Assembly: GCF_000150275.1 (NCBI RefSeq)
Contig: NW_002060956.1
Location: 186,001 to 250,000, forward strand
Reading direction: 5' to 3'
Length of the DNA stretch: 64,000 bases
From: Trichoplax adhaerens
Lineage: Eukaryota > Animalia > Placozoa
In this document: positions 51,928 through 63,434 of the stretch, one piece after another
How the letters are laid out: each line of letters opens with the position of its first letter
How positions within the stretch are numbered: position 1 is the first letter of the stretch
Position numbers and translations under genes: made by a program
The notes under the pieces: model-generated
Seen by the model: the letters and a program-made list of their open reading frames with translations, nothing else
Told to the model about the DNA's origin: nothing
Database searches by the model: none

Positions 51928-54145
51928 ATGGCGGCAACCGATTGTAATGTCGAGCAGAACAACAAAAACAGTCAAGATATAACCAACCGGAGCTTTATTG
52001 ATGTAAGCCCATCTATTACTACTTCAAATTCATCTGCAGCAATGGAAGTAAGTCATGATCAGATGATAGCTACATGTAGCAACATGGCGGGTGAGAAAGG
52101 TTCAGATGGACAAAATCGTAAACCAGAAAAACCACCTTATTCCTATATAGCGTTAATTGTTATGGCGATCCAAGCCTCACCCAGTAAGCGCATGACTCTA
52201 AATGAAATTTACAAATTTCTACAAGATAAATTTCCATTTTTCCGTGGTAACTATTTAGGTTGGAAAAATTCGGTAAGTCTTGACCAATATTCGTTGATTT
52301 TCTGCATGAATTTCTTCCCATTTTGAGCTTGTTAGAGGATGAAAGTAGAATATGAATGATCATATTATTGACAATCTTGATGAACTAATCAATATCCATA
52401 CTAAATCGTATAAAGTTCATCCTACTATCTATACAGTGATGTACATTGCCAGGCACTTTTTTTTTCAGTTTTTCTCTTGCAAGTCCTTAGCATTGCCTTA
52501 AATTAATATAATTGAAACGTAGCTTAAATACAATCGTTGAAATAGAATTACGCTATTATAGATTTTCTGTTTATCATCTTATTACCGTGGTTAAATACTT
52601 GTACTACCTATAAAGTCATGTATGTATTGCCATGGACTTTTAAAGTTTTCCTCTTACAAATCTCTGCTATTGACTTAAATTATGATTGAAACGTAGCTTA
52701 AATACAATCGTTGAAATAAAATGACTACTATTATCGATTTTCTGCTTATTATCTTATTTCGGTGGTTAATGACTTGTAGATTATAGTACATCAAGTAATA
52801 TCCTTCGATCTAAATGACTCTAGCATTGAAATCCTTTTCCTTCTAGGTTCGCCACAATCTATCGTTAAATGAATGCTTTATTAAACTACCCAAAAGTGCC
52901 GGAAGGCCTGGGAAAGGCCATGATTGGGCACTCGATTCTTCATGTGAGTATATGTTTGAAGATGGATCGTTTCGTCGCCGGCCTCGCGGTTTCCGTCGTC
53001 GATGTCAAATGATTCAAGATCGAGCTCGTGCAGGCTACCCAGTTAACAAACCGTCTACGTTGCACATTCTATCGTCTATACCTAGTAATGCTGAAATCAA
53101 TGAAACGATCAACTCCAATAATCATGAAAATCCTCATGCAAACAATTGCGTGACATCGATCGAACATGAACGGTATCATCCTAAAGAAACTATTCTGGCA
53201 AATAATTCAATAACAGATCAAACGCAACAAATTATCACTTCATCTGGCCCATTTTTTACCGGTGCAGCCACAACCTATCATAGTGGATACCTTGAATCAG
53301 CTAATCCATTTTATAATCAAGATAATACTAGTAATTCATCATTTTTGTCAGCATCCTATGCAGATGTTCAATGGAGAGGTTCGGTAGAATACACTGAAAG
53401 TAATAATGCAAATTTAACGGCGACTGAGTTTATCCCAATTGGAAGTCGTTCTTTACCACATCAGTATCCATTTCCAGTCTACTCTCATCATCCTGGTTTA
53501 ACTAATCAAAGTGGAATTGCATCCTATCAGGCATACGGTTTTCCTTACGGTTGTATCGATAATGCCAATGAATACTCATTTACTGCTAATAATACCAATC
53601 ATAATGATAGTGGCAATACTGGTGATGTGAATACAGACGGCCAAGCTAATGATAATTCGCCCAACAAGAATACTATATCAGCTGTATCTACAGATGATAA
53701 TGTCGGCAATCTTTATGATGATGCAATTCAAGCTGAACTGTCTATGAAATCTGTATCTGCTTCCAATGTAATTACCCAAGTAGAAATTTCAACAGATTAT
53801 AATAATTCAAGCATCAATCCCAATAGGTACTCGACCTCATTAGTTATGTCTCCTGTGAATACTACAAGTCGTGAAGCTAACGAGACTAACACCGCATCAC
53901 CTGAGGCTAATAGTATCTCCAACAGTAAGGTTACTTCACCTATTAATTCTAACGATAATCAAACATCCGATCTGCAAATGTCTGATGTTACCGAAAGTAT
54001 CTATGATGTCGATGATGCAAATCTACCTTCTTACACAACGTTACCACCAACGTCGTTAATGTCATCACAGGATCTAGACTATTCTAATAGTCAAGTAGAA
54101 GAATATAACGATTCTCCCAACAGCAACAAATTGCAAGAAATTTAA
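51928..54145 (+). CDS. FoxF: Forkhead box F transcription factor, 2 coding exons (51928-52272, 52847-54145), 547 aa
   Basis: [52 protein letters not shown]|[27 protein letters not shown]...[19 protein letters not shown]. The RRRPRGFRR segment is FoxF-diagnostic. Intron GTAAGT...CTAG at 52273-52846. Confidence 0.95.
52422..52778. repeat. Tandem duplication (~178 bp x2) inside the FoxF intron
   Basis: ATTGAAACGTAGCTTAAATACAATCGTTGAAATA is identical at ~52511 and ~52685, and the flanks are alignable. Confidence 0.9.
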
Positions 54146-54455
54146 GCTCTAATTATCGTTGTATACTTAACCTAGAATAGCCAATTTTGTACATTTTTTG
54201 GTATTTGTGAAAGCGAATATCGCCCGATTTTTTACAACTCAAATCATCTTACACAACGTTACCACCGACGTCGTCAATACTACCACAGGCTCTAAACTAT
54301 TCTAAAAGTCAAGTGGAAAAATGCAACGATTTTCCTAACAGCAACAAATTACAAGAAAGTGAAGCTCTAATTATCGTTGCATCTTGAGCTAGAATAGTCA
54401 ATTGTACATTTTTTGATATTTGTATAAGCGAATATCGCCCATTTTCAACTCAAAT
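54029..54455 (+). repeat. Tandem duplication (~215 bp x2) spanning the FoxF stop codon
   Basis: TCTTACACAACGTTACCACC...AAGCGAATATCGCCC...CAACTCAAAT at 54029-54244 and 54247-54455. Confidence 0.95.
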
Positions 54456-56546
54456 AGGAGGTCATTGTCAGATTATACCTATATACAGTACTGTATTTGT
54501 AATAATTAAATTTTACATGATGTTAATTAAATTGATATATATTTTTATTTTAGCCTTATTTTGATTAACCTTCACTTATTGCATATGTGAAATCATTATC
54601 AAATAATAGCGTTTCCGTGGTTGGATAATACCTTTAGATATTATATTTTTTCTGTGATTATAATCTACAGTATGTATTCACCAATTATAGCAAACAAACG
54701 GCTCGAATTGTAAACATTATGCAACAAACAAACGAATGATGATCGTTTTTCTTGATATTGTACCTATCGTGTGCTAGCTAATACTGTAATTTCCTATCAA
54801 CTCACGTTTGAGTAAATTTATGCGTAGAGAGGTAGAAACGATTTTCTTAAAGGAACGCGCTGGCTATACGCATTGTTATATTTTATTCTCACTTTTTAGT
54901 TCGAAATACGCTTTGTTACTGCTTTTTACTAGTCGTACAATACAATTGTGATTCATTTTATTATAGTATAGTGATATAAGAATATTCGATTTTTTCAAGA
55001 TATCATTAATCCACTTAATTTTCATATCGTCATATGTTTTTAATCGTTAATGATGCACCCTAAGCGTACAATAGTATTTCATATATCGACTGTATTTTTA
55101 TATTGCACGATCATTCTGTTACGTTTTTCATGGTATCTTTTTGATGGGTAACTAAAGGAAGAAGCATGCAATTGACTTAAGCCAACTGTCAACTCATAAA
55201 CAATTTGAGTTTTCTGGGTACGTTAAATGCGCCAATTCTGTACTCGGATTGCGACGATGTTCAAACTTGATAAATTTAAAACTTTTGCTGTTTTTAACCT
55301 ACGATATCGGTTATCTTATATGGAGCTTAACTACGGTATTTTTAATTGTATACTTTGACTTATCTCGTAAATAAGATTGATTTGATTTTCTAATTACTGC
55401 TACGTTATCGAAAGCGACACAAGTCTTTATTGCTAATAGCGCTATGTTCAACGGGCCTGGATTGAATGTGTTGTTAAATAAGTGTAACGCAAGTTCGATA
55501 GTGTTTAAATTGTGTAGCTAAAATTAGTTGAAGAATTATTAAACACATTTTTCATGCTGTTTGAAGTGTAATTGATTAAGTTTGCTTCTTTTTTAGTACA
55601 AATCATAGCTTAACTTTGAAAGTTTACGTACATACATGAAGCCTATTAAATCTATCTGACACCCTGATATTTTGCAAGTACGTACAACTAATACTTTAAC
55701 ATGAAATTTTTATAATTAGATCTAAGTAAAAATAGTGTTAGAGTTCTTCTCAGGGTAGCTACTCTAAGATAAACAAATGAAAAAAATTGACGCAACGCAT
55801 CACTCAGTGAGAAAAGCTACAACTAGGTATAACAAGTTATAGATTTTCAGTTTCAAATTATTCTACGTATAAACAACATAGTCATAGGTACTATTAACTA
55901 TACTATTTGATGAAATTGCTAGTTTCATCAAATTATATCAACGATTGATTCTTTCTTATGCTTGGATATAATGCAAGACAGATTACGAATGTTGTTACAG
56001 TTTCTTGAATATCATTTGATTAATTATAAGGCTATAGCGAGTAATTCATCCTTCATGATTTAAAAGATAACTCAATATAATTCAAAGACTTAGAACAAGC
56101 TAGCTAGAAACTACAATATGCAGAAGATACGACTAAAATTAAAAAGTACAAGGTATGAAAACAAATCTTCATATTATAATAGTTTCAAATACGTATGCCC
56201 TATAGACTGTTGAAACATTAAGAATGCAGTCTGGTGAGAATTTATAACAGAATTGGCCAAAGGTGCAATATTACTAGTAAAAAAAATCAAGAACTGCCAT
56301 CAATAACTATTCTCAACATCAACTACGCATGATGTAGCTGTTGATATAATAACATTATAACGAATGATACTGTAACGCGTATGTGATACCACAATTACAT
56401 TATTCTATACATACAAGATTTATATTAACAAATCATATTCTGATTTAATCCATTGACAATTCAATAATGCAGTTCATACATCGGCACACAAACTATTTTA
56501 ATAAGGCTTCAGTTATAACATGATAAATCTTCACTGAATAAATCCG

Positions 56547-59500
56547 TTAGGAGCGCAAATTAAGACCTTGGTACATTGGAGATTCTTCATCTTGCTGTTT
56601 TAGTTCAATATGTTCTAAGGAATTTTCAAGATGTTTCTTTATTTGCTCATTATCATCATTTATTTCTAGTGTAGCCATTTCTTCATTTATTTTGTCGATT
56701 AATTGTTGTAGGGTTGATTCTGCGACCTATGGTTTCAAATAAATAAGATTAACAATGTCACTATTCCTATCAATAAAAATGACTTTTTAACGGGCGGCTC
56801 ATAAATACAGTTATAGCTTACCTGTTCATTCCCCTTCTCGTAAAAGTAAAGATAACGATCAAGAACCTCGGTAAACAATTGTACTTGAACGGATTTATCC
56901 ATACATTGATTCGCAATTCGTAGAGATTTCTTTAAACACTCACTGACTCGTTTACCATCTTTAGACTGTAAAAAAAGAATAAGAAGAAAGTGTTATGATC
57001 TAGACAGTTACAAAATCGGATTGTCTTTCAAATCGTGAAGTGACAACCTCCTCCTCAGAGTCTTTCGTCTTGCCGGACCAAAATAATTGAGCACTTGTAT
57101 AAACCCCTCGACACTGAGCTGGTTTTTTTAGTAATTTAGATGCGACTAATGCACATTGTGTGCGAAGGGGTTCATGATTTTCTTCTCCAAAACATGACAT
57201 TTGCTCAAAAGTGCCAATAATTAGCGTTATAGCAGCTATTTGAGCCTTATAATCACTAATTTCGTCTTCGTAGATAGCAAAAGCCTAAGGATACATATAA
57301 AAGAAATTGTCAATTTTGAAACCACATGGCAATTCCGAGATATTCATTAATTAGTATTTCAAACCTGGCTAATATATTCATAAGCAATATTTTCTCTACC
57401 CTCGTAATCGTCTTGGCGGTCAGCAGCTAAAGCTCCCTGCAAGTATAAACGAAGGGACAATTCGAACATTTCTGCCTTGACAAAGGCAGAAATAGTTTGT
57501 AAGGAAAAGGCAAATATCTTGTCACATTTTTTATCCCATTTCTCATCCTATTTGAATAAGCAAAAATTTCCGCCTGTTTAGTCTACCTTCCTTGTACCAT
57601 CATGTTTTAGTCGCTTGATAAAATAATATCGCTGAATGCTATTCCTATAGAACTATACTGACCTCATCCTTGATTAGATTGTATGAATTTACCAGATTGT
57701 AAGCAGAGAATACTATAGGAAGTAAAGTGTAACTGATTCGCTTATCGCCTCCGCTACCAAGATGTTTCCTGGCAGTATTTAAAATCTAATGTGATTAAAA
57801 TGGATACAAAAGCATTAAAAAAATTGACCTCATTCAATTACCAAGGACGATCACGTTAATCAGAAATTTACCCTAAACTGTTGATCTGGAGTGTCAGAAT
57901 GAAGTACATTAATCAGTCTACCCATTAATCCCTGCTCTTCAGCAAATTCGTCGGGGTCCTCCTAAAGGAAAAATTTACCAATTATCAAATCGTATAGATT
58001 TTACAAAATTATAACAGTTACGTAAAATTCTCATACGATATCAGTTCATATAAATCATAGAGTATATAAACCTACGCGTAATATTAACTTACTCCTTCAT
58101 TAGGTTGATCAGGTTGATCTTTTATCAATGGGTCGAGCAACTCAAACACAAATTCAGCCTAATGTATATTAACGTAGCAATGTCATCGTTATAAAAGGTA
58201 AAATTATTTGATCAATAACTTTACATATGCAAGATAAAATTTCATATTATGACCTCTTCCGGTGAAGGGATATCAACGGCAACATCTACAATTCGGTTAG
58301 CTATATAAACTGCTATTTCTTTCCTTGGTTCGTAGCTTAAACGTGATAAAAGTTCCGGATAATCTTTCAATTCTACAACAGTTAGAATGCTGTCATATAT
58401 GTCGATCGGGATCTTTAACATCCGTGTGAGCTCGATGCATAATGGAGTACCGTTTGGAATGCTGATTTTAAAGATGGAATAAAAATTGACATTTACCAAC
58501 AAAAATCACTTTTTAGATCTTAATACAGTACTGTCAATGTATCAAAAAATAAAATTCTTGCCTGTACTTTCCTACATCCAAGCTGTTCAATAGATCAACC
58601 GTATGCTTACAAACTTTATCAACGTAGTCGACTCGTTCTGGATAGCATTTTAAAGCTAAGCTCAACAATGATGCTTGGAGGGTAATCATGTCTTCCTTAG
58701 GCATAGTGCTTGATCGTGACTAAATAGACATTAGAAAAGGAAATACGTAAAGTTTTTACGGATTGCTGATACTTTAAGGAGTACAAAGACAAGAAATTAA
58801 AGTACCTTTAAAACACTGGAGACTTCTTCAGAGAATACTTCAAACAACTTTATTTCCTCTGGTATTCCAGGACCGTCATCACGTTGAGCGAAAGCAGCCA
58901 AACGATCAGCAAGAGCAGCAATGATTTTCTTAACATTGACAGGACTTTGCAATTTCTGACAAGCTTTTAGCAAAGAGTTCAAGGTTTGTAAGTGAAATTC
59001 ATCCGGAAATACCTAAAAAGGTCATACAATAAGGTGATATCGATTAAAAATTGTATCTCATTGCCATAATGTAACTTTAAAAAACTTAAGCTTACTTGTA
59101 TAATACATTCCATGAGATATTCTTGGGATATAGGATCCTTGCAGTTGACAATCTGTTCTAAGACACTCGAGAGTACACTCTAAGAAAAGATAAAAGAAAC
59201 TGTATTATAATAAACGTTATTCAATTTTTTACCCTAATAAAGTACCACCATAAGTACGGGTAGCTATTGCAACATTTTAGGTAGGGCACACACGATTTAC
59301 AGATACGGTATGATCGGCAGCGATAATACACGAACCTCTTTGTATCTTGTGACATCTATTCCATCTAATTGACTCAAACGAACAAGGTTAGTACCAACGA
59401 GTAGACAGAGTTCTTGGCGCTCTTTTTCACGTCTATCTTTATCACGTGTATGGCCCTGGTGTTGCATACGAACCCATAACTTATTCATTTCAGAAAAGTT

Positions 59501-61771
59501 CAGCAAGATGAAATCGATGGAATCTTGTACATCACCATCATTGCTACTACTATAAATGCATTGGAAGAAGGATCAAATAATTACGAGTGTAATACCACAG
59601 ACTTGGCCTTTTTACAGCTGACAACCGTATAGTAAGTTTCTTACCTTGCGTCTTCATCTACGTCTGGTAATTGATTTCGGGTGCATTGCAACAGATAATT
59701 TCTAAGGAATAGGCCTCTTAACGGATGTTGGACACCGCGGCACATTTCCACTAGATCTTTTAACACACTTTTTCTGGATGAAAACTTGCACTTTATAAAT
59801 ACAACTCCGACTGTAACCAATAAATACCTAAACAATTTTACGTATAAAAAATAGAGAGAGAGAAAATAAATGCTGTGCTGCAATAAAGTGATTTAATCAA
59901 TCGTGTCAATCTTACAGTCTAGGAACAATATTGCCGGCGTATTGGACCAATTCATATAAATCATTTGGGAGGGTATTCTTGTCGAATTCGTCCATTAAGT
60001 GCAATGATAAATGTTGCAATTCATTACTTACTTGCATGTCTGTCAAAAATTGGAGTCAAGGTAATTTCATGAATATCTTTTACTGATCAATTAGACGACA
60101 CAAAACATTGATACGACAGTAGATAACTTCTTATTGATAGCGATCCAAAATTTTCTATCGGAATCTATAAGGGAATAATCATCGTAATAGGTAGGATACA
60201 GAGCACATAATAGTTTTTCGGCGTTAACATGGAAGTTCGTAGTTCGCAAAGCATATTGGATGCATGCTTGAGAGCGTCCATTAACTTTCCTTGGTCCTAT
60301 AAATAAGCCGCAAATTTAAATTTAGTCCTAAGCGTAGATGAAGTTAATTTTATTGCAACTGCTATAATAGAATATGTTGAGATGTTAAGTAAAATTAAAT
60401 GACTTGCAATCTACTGTATTCAATTTAAGATAGCGGAGAAGACATTTAAGATTACTACATTAAATGCATGTGAATTATCTCAGTAAGTTGCCTTACGATA
60501 CTCTATCGGGGTTGCTGTATCAATTCTACCGTACTACGCTATATCATTAGCTGCATCTCCTAAAACATTTACTAAGATAGTGGATATTGAAACGCTTGAT
60601 AGTGTAACCGTATAGTCTACTTTCTTATACATTAGTTTAAGAAGATTCAGTACTGAATTGACAATATTAGATGGTCCAAAAAATTCATTAGGCCTTATTG
60701 ATGATCACATTTTCGTAACAGTAACCTATTTCGACTTGTATGGAGAAAATGTGTATGACAACTACACTTGCAATATCGATATTAGACTGTCGGATTCTGT
60801 CATAATAATTGCAGTTTCTCTCATTTTCCGTCTTGCATATGCTAACAAGCAAAGACAAAAGTAACCAAGTTGCACTCCAAAAATAAATAGTCGCTTATTC
60901 CGTCATTCGTATACTGTACTATCTATCCTGACTGGTCAATGGCCATTCCCTTTTCAAAGTATATTGACTGTAAATACTAGGATTCATTTAATTTATGATG
61001 ATTTGGTTATGGAAAACTACCATTTTAGCGCTATGAGATACGTATACTGTCCTATTCAATTGCCTATTGGTGTTCTTTACACTAAAATATGATACAAATT
61101 GAATAGTTGAGCTACAGCAATGTATTTGTCACTACCTTACATATCACTGTTAAAAGATTGAAGAAATTCAACAGCTGTAATGTAGTAGAATCATGACTGG
61201 CAGGTGGCAGATATTGCCATCGGAATGCACTAGCTGTCAGTAACTTTAGTGATCGTCCATATCCATTCTACCGTACTGTCATAGTGTAGTATACGCGTGC
61301 ATACTGTACCGTTTAGGCAAATGCAGTATTGGACATTGTTGCCTGACTACTCTTTTATCACTACCAATAGTTCTAGCCTTGAAGCTAGGTAAAAGAGGCA
61401 ATTCTCAACTTTTCCACATAATACACTAAGCTACAAAATGCTGATGAATGCTTTTACCAGCCATCTCTTCATTAAGAATGATTCACTTTTGACGACTTGG
61501 GCGGCTTCATCAAGCAATTTCTCCTGCTCTTCGTGGATGACGGAACTTGTGGCTGGCTGCAAAGTTGGAAGAGAGAAGAGTTGAAAATATTAATTCCCAA
61601 TTGATATTATTAGCCAGGAAATGAGCACAAGTAAATGCTCTCTAAGTTCTACAATCATTCAATACTATAGAATAGAATTCATTTGGTAGAGATATGAGTT
61701 TAAAATGAAGATTAATAACACAATTTATCCATCCAATATTGATCTAAAAATGGAGAACGACTACCGACCAT
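56547..61771 (-). CDS. VPS35: Retromer subunit VPS35, multi-exon
   Basis: Coding exon 1 is ATG only (61771-61769). Exon 2 (61556-61458) encodes [23 protein letters not shown]; exon 3 (60296-60200) encodes [22 protein letters not shown]; exon 4 (60039-59916) ends [15 protein letters not shown], continuing into PRLYLL. Also [15 protein letters not shown] and [13 protein letters not shown]. Ends [14 protein letters not shown]. Confidence 0.97.
60040..60199 (-). other. U12-type (minor spliceosome) GT-AG intron, VPS35 intron 3
   Basis: On the minus strand: donor GTATCCTACC, branch sequence TTACCTTGAC (60064-60055) with the branch A about 17 nt from the CAG acceptor, and only a short pyrimidine run. 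Splicing restores the Tyr codon T|AC in NYYVLY-MQV. Confidence 0.88.
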
Positions 61772-61779
61772 GATGATCT

Positions 61780-62620
61780 CTGGATCATATGATACATGAA
61801 GAGAATGGCAACTACGCATGTGCAAGCCTGTCCACCGTCCGAAACTGCGCCTGGGTATTAGGACTTGTATGAGAATTTCTCTTGCTGGTTCTCATATCGA
61901 CCAACCCTACCAGTATTTTTATATATATGTCAGTAGAGAGCACAGAGAGTGTCTCGGGTAGGGGACCCTCTGTTGGTCTCTTTCCTCGAGGTTTTTATGA
62001 CGCCTTTATCCAGGCAAACTAGGACAGAATATACCTAATCGTGCATGATCTTAGCGACATGATTAATCTACCTAAGGAGTGCTAACAACACACTAGTATT
62101 TCCAAATCGGCTATTCGCTTGGTTTGGTTGGTTTATACGGCTGCCGACAGCTTTTTGGACTATTCGCCCATCACCAGCCTTTACCCCATTTCGTTTCCCC
62201 ACTTTTCATACTGTACACAGTAGACTCGAGTCTACTGTACTACGTCTAGCTCACGATTCTCAGCCCATAGTACAGTATGTACTGTAGTAGTCGTTGACCC
62301 CCTCCCCCTCCCCCCCCCGGTCAGGATGTTACAGTACGTCGACATTTGAGTGCATAGTATTGTACATTGTACACTGTACACTGTACAGTTGGACTGGTGA
62401 CGACGGTGAGGACCCAACTAGACCCAACTAGACCCAACCAGCCTCCAGAGAAACGACGTGGATTTGACGAACTGGTCCAGTGGCTCAAATTTCACTCTGC
62501 TAGTGAAAAAAAGCAAATGCAAAATTGATCTTGCAACGCCGAACTGATTGCTCCTTTTAGCCTCTTTTCACCGCCAATACACAAACCAATTACGGTCAAC
62601 AATTCCATTGAGGATATTGC
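61780..62620. promoter_or_regulatory. Putative bidirectional promoter region for VPS35 and the NEK11-like gene
   Basis: GC/CpG-richer segment between two divergent genes. Contains NRF1-like TACGCATGTGCA (61813-61824), TGCGCCTGGG, a C-tract and clustered TACAGTA motifs. Confidence 0.6.
62411..62440. repeat. 10-bp tandem repeat x3
   Basis: GACCCAACTA GACCCAACTA GACCCAACCA. Confidence 0.9.
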
Positions 62621-63270
62621 AGCTGGTAGGTCAAATTAGTCGTTGTTTGCATGTCAAATCCATCCGTATGTAGAGGATATCGATCACTGCAAGAAGTCGC
62701 CTAGTCAGATGGACGTACTGTACTATACCGTAGACGTACCGAATACCATGACAACTGGATCACCAATGAGCTTATTCCAACAGCTATCCATCTCATAATC
62801 GTTATAGGAAATTCTTCACTTAATTTACACCTTTCTACAAGAGTTAATTAGACAACAATAATTCATATTACAAGAGTTTATAAGCATAGGCAAACAATAC
62901 TGTAGAGTATCGTCGATACGGAGGTAAAACAACGACGTTATTATTTCTAGGATAGCAATTAGTAACGGTATGAAAAGATCATTTTTCCTTCAACTTGGCT
63001 AGGAATGGATAAATTAATAAGGCAAAAATTTTATCTTTTATAGCTCTTTGCAGTATTATAAAATATCTATACAAGATAAACAAGCAAGAAACAAAATAAA
63101 AGTGTACAATTGATTAAACGGTATATCAGGAGGATACAATCCATCAAATAATAACTCTATTTTTTCCACACTAAGCGCTCTCCTTCTAACACATTATAGA
63201 TAGATTGGAAGTCCATCTTTTCACTATTCTTTGGAAATGGTGCATGTATCTAAAGTCCTGAAAAATAAAA

Positions 63271-63434
63271 ATGTCTAATCAAGACAAAATTCGTCGCATG
63301 TTGGAAAAATCCCGAAAACAAAGTCAAACTAAAAATGCACGTGTCATTGCTAATCGATATCGAGTTGTTCGAAAAATTGGTAGTGGAAACTTTGGTGTTG
63401 TATTCCTTGTCAACGATTTGAATACTGAAGAATT
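63271..63434 (+). CDS. NEK11: First coding exon of a Ser/Thr kinase, NEK11-like (3'-partial)
   Basis: MSNQDKIRRMLEKSRKQSQTKNARVIANRYRVVRKIGSGNFGVVFLVNDLNTEE(L), followed by donor GTAAGT. Contains the GxGxxG loop and resembles NEK11 LIARRYVLQQKLGSGSFGTVYLVSD...EEL. Not in the ORF track because it is under 60 aa. Confidence 0.7.
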
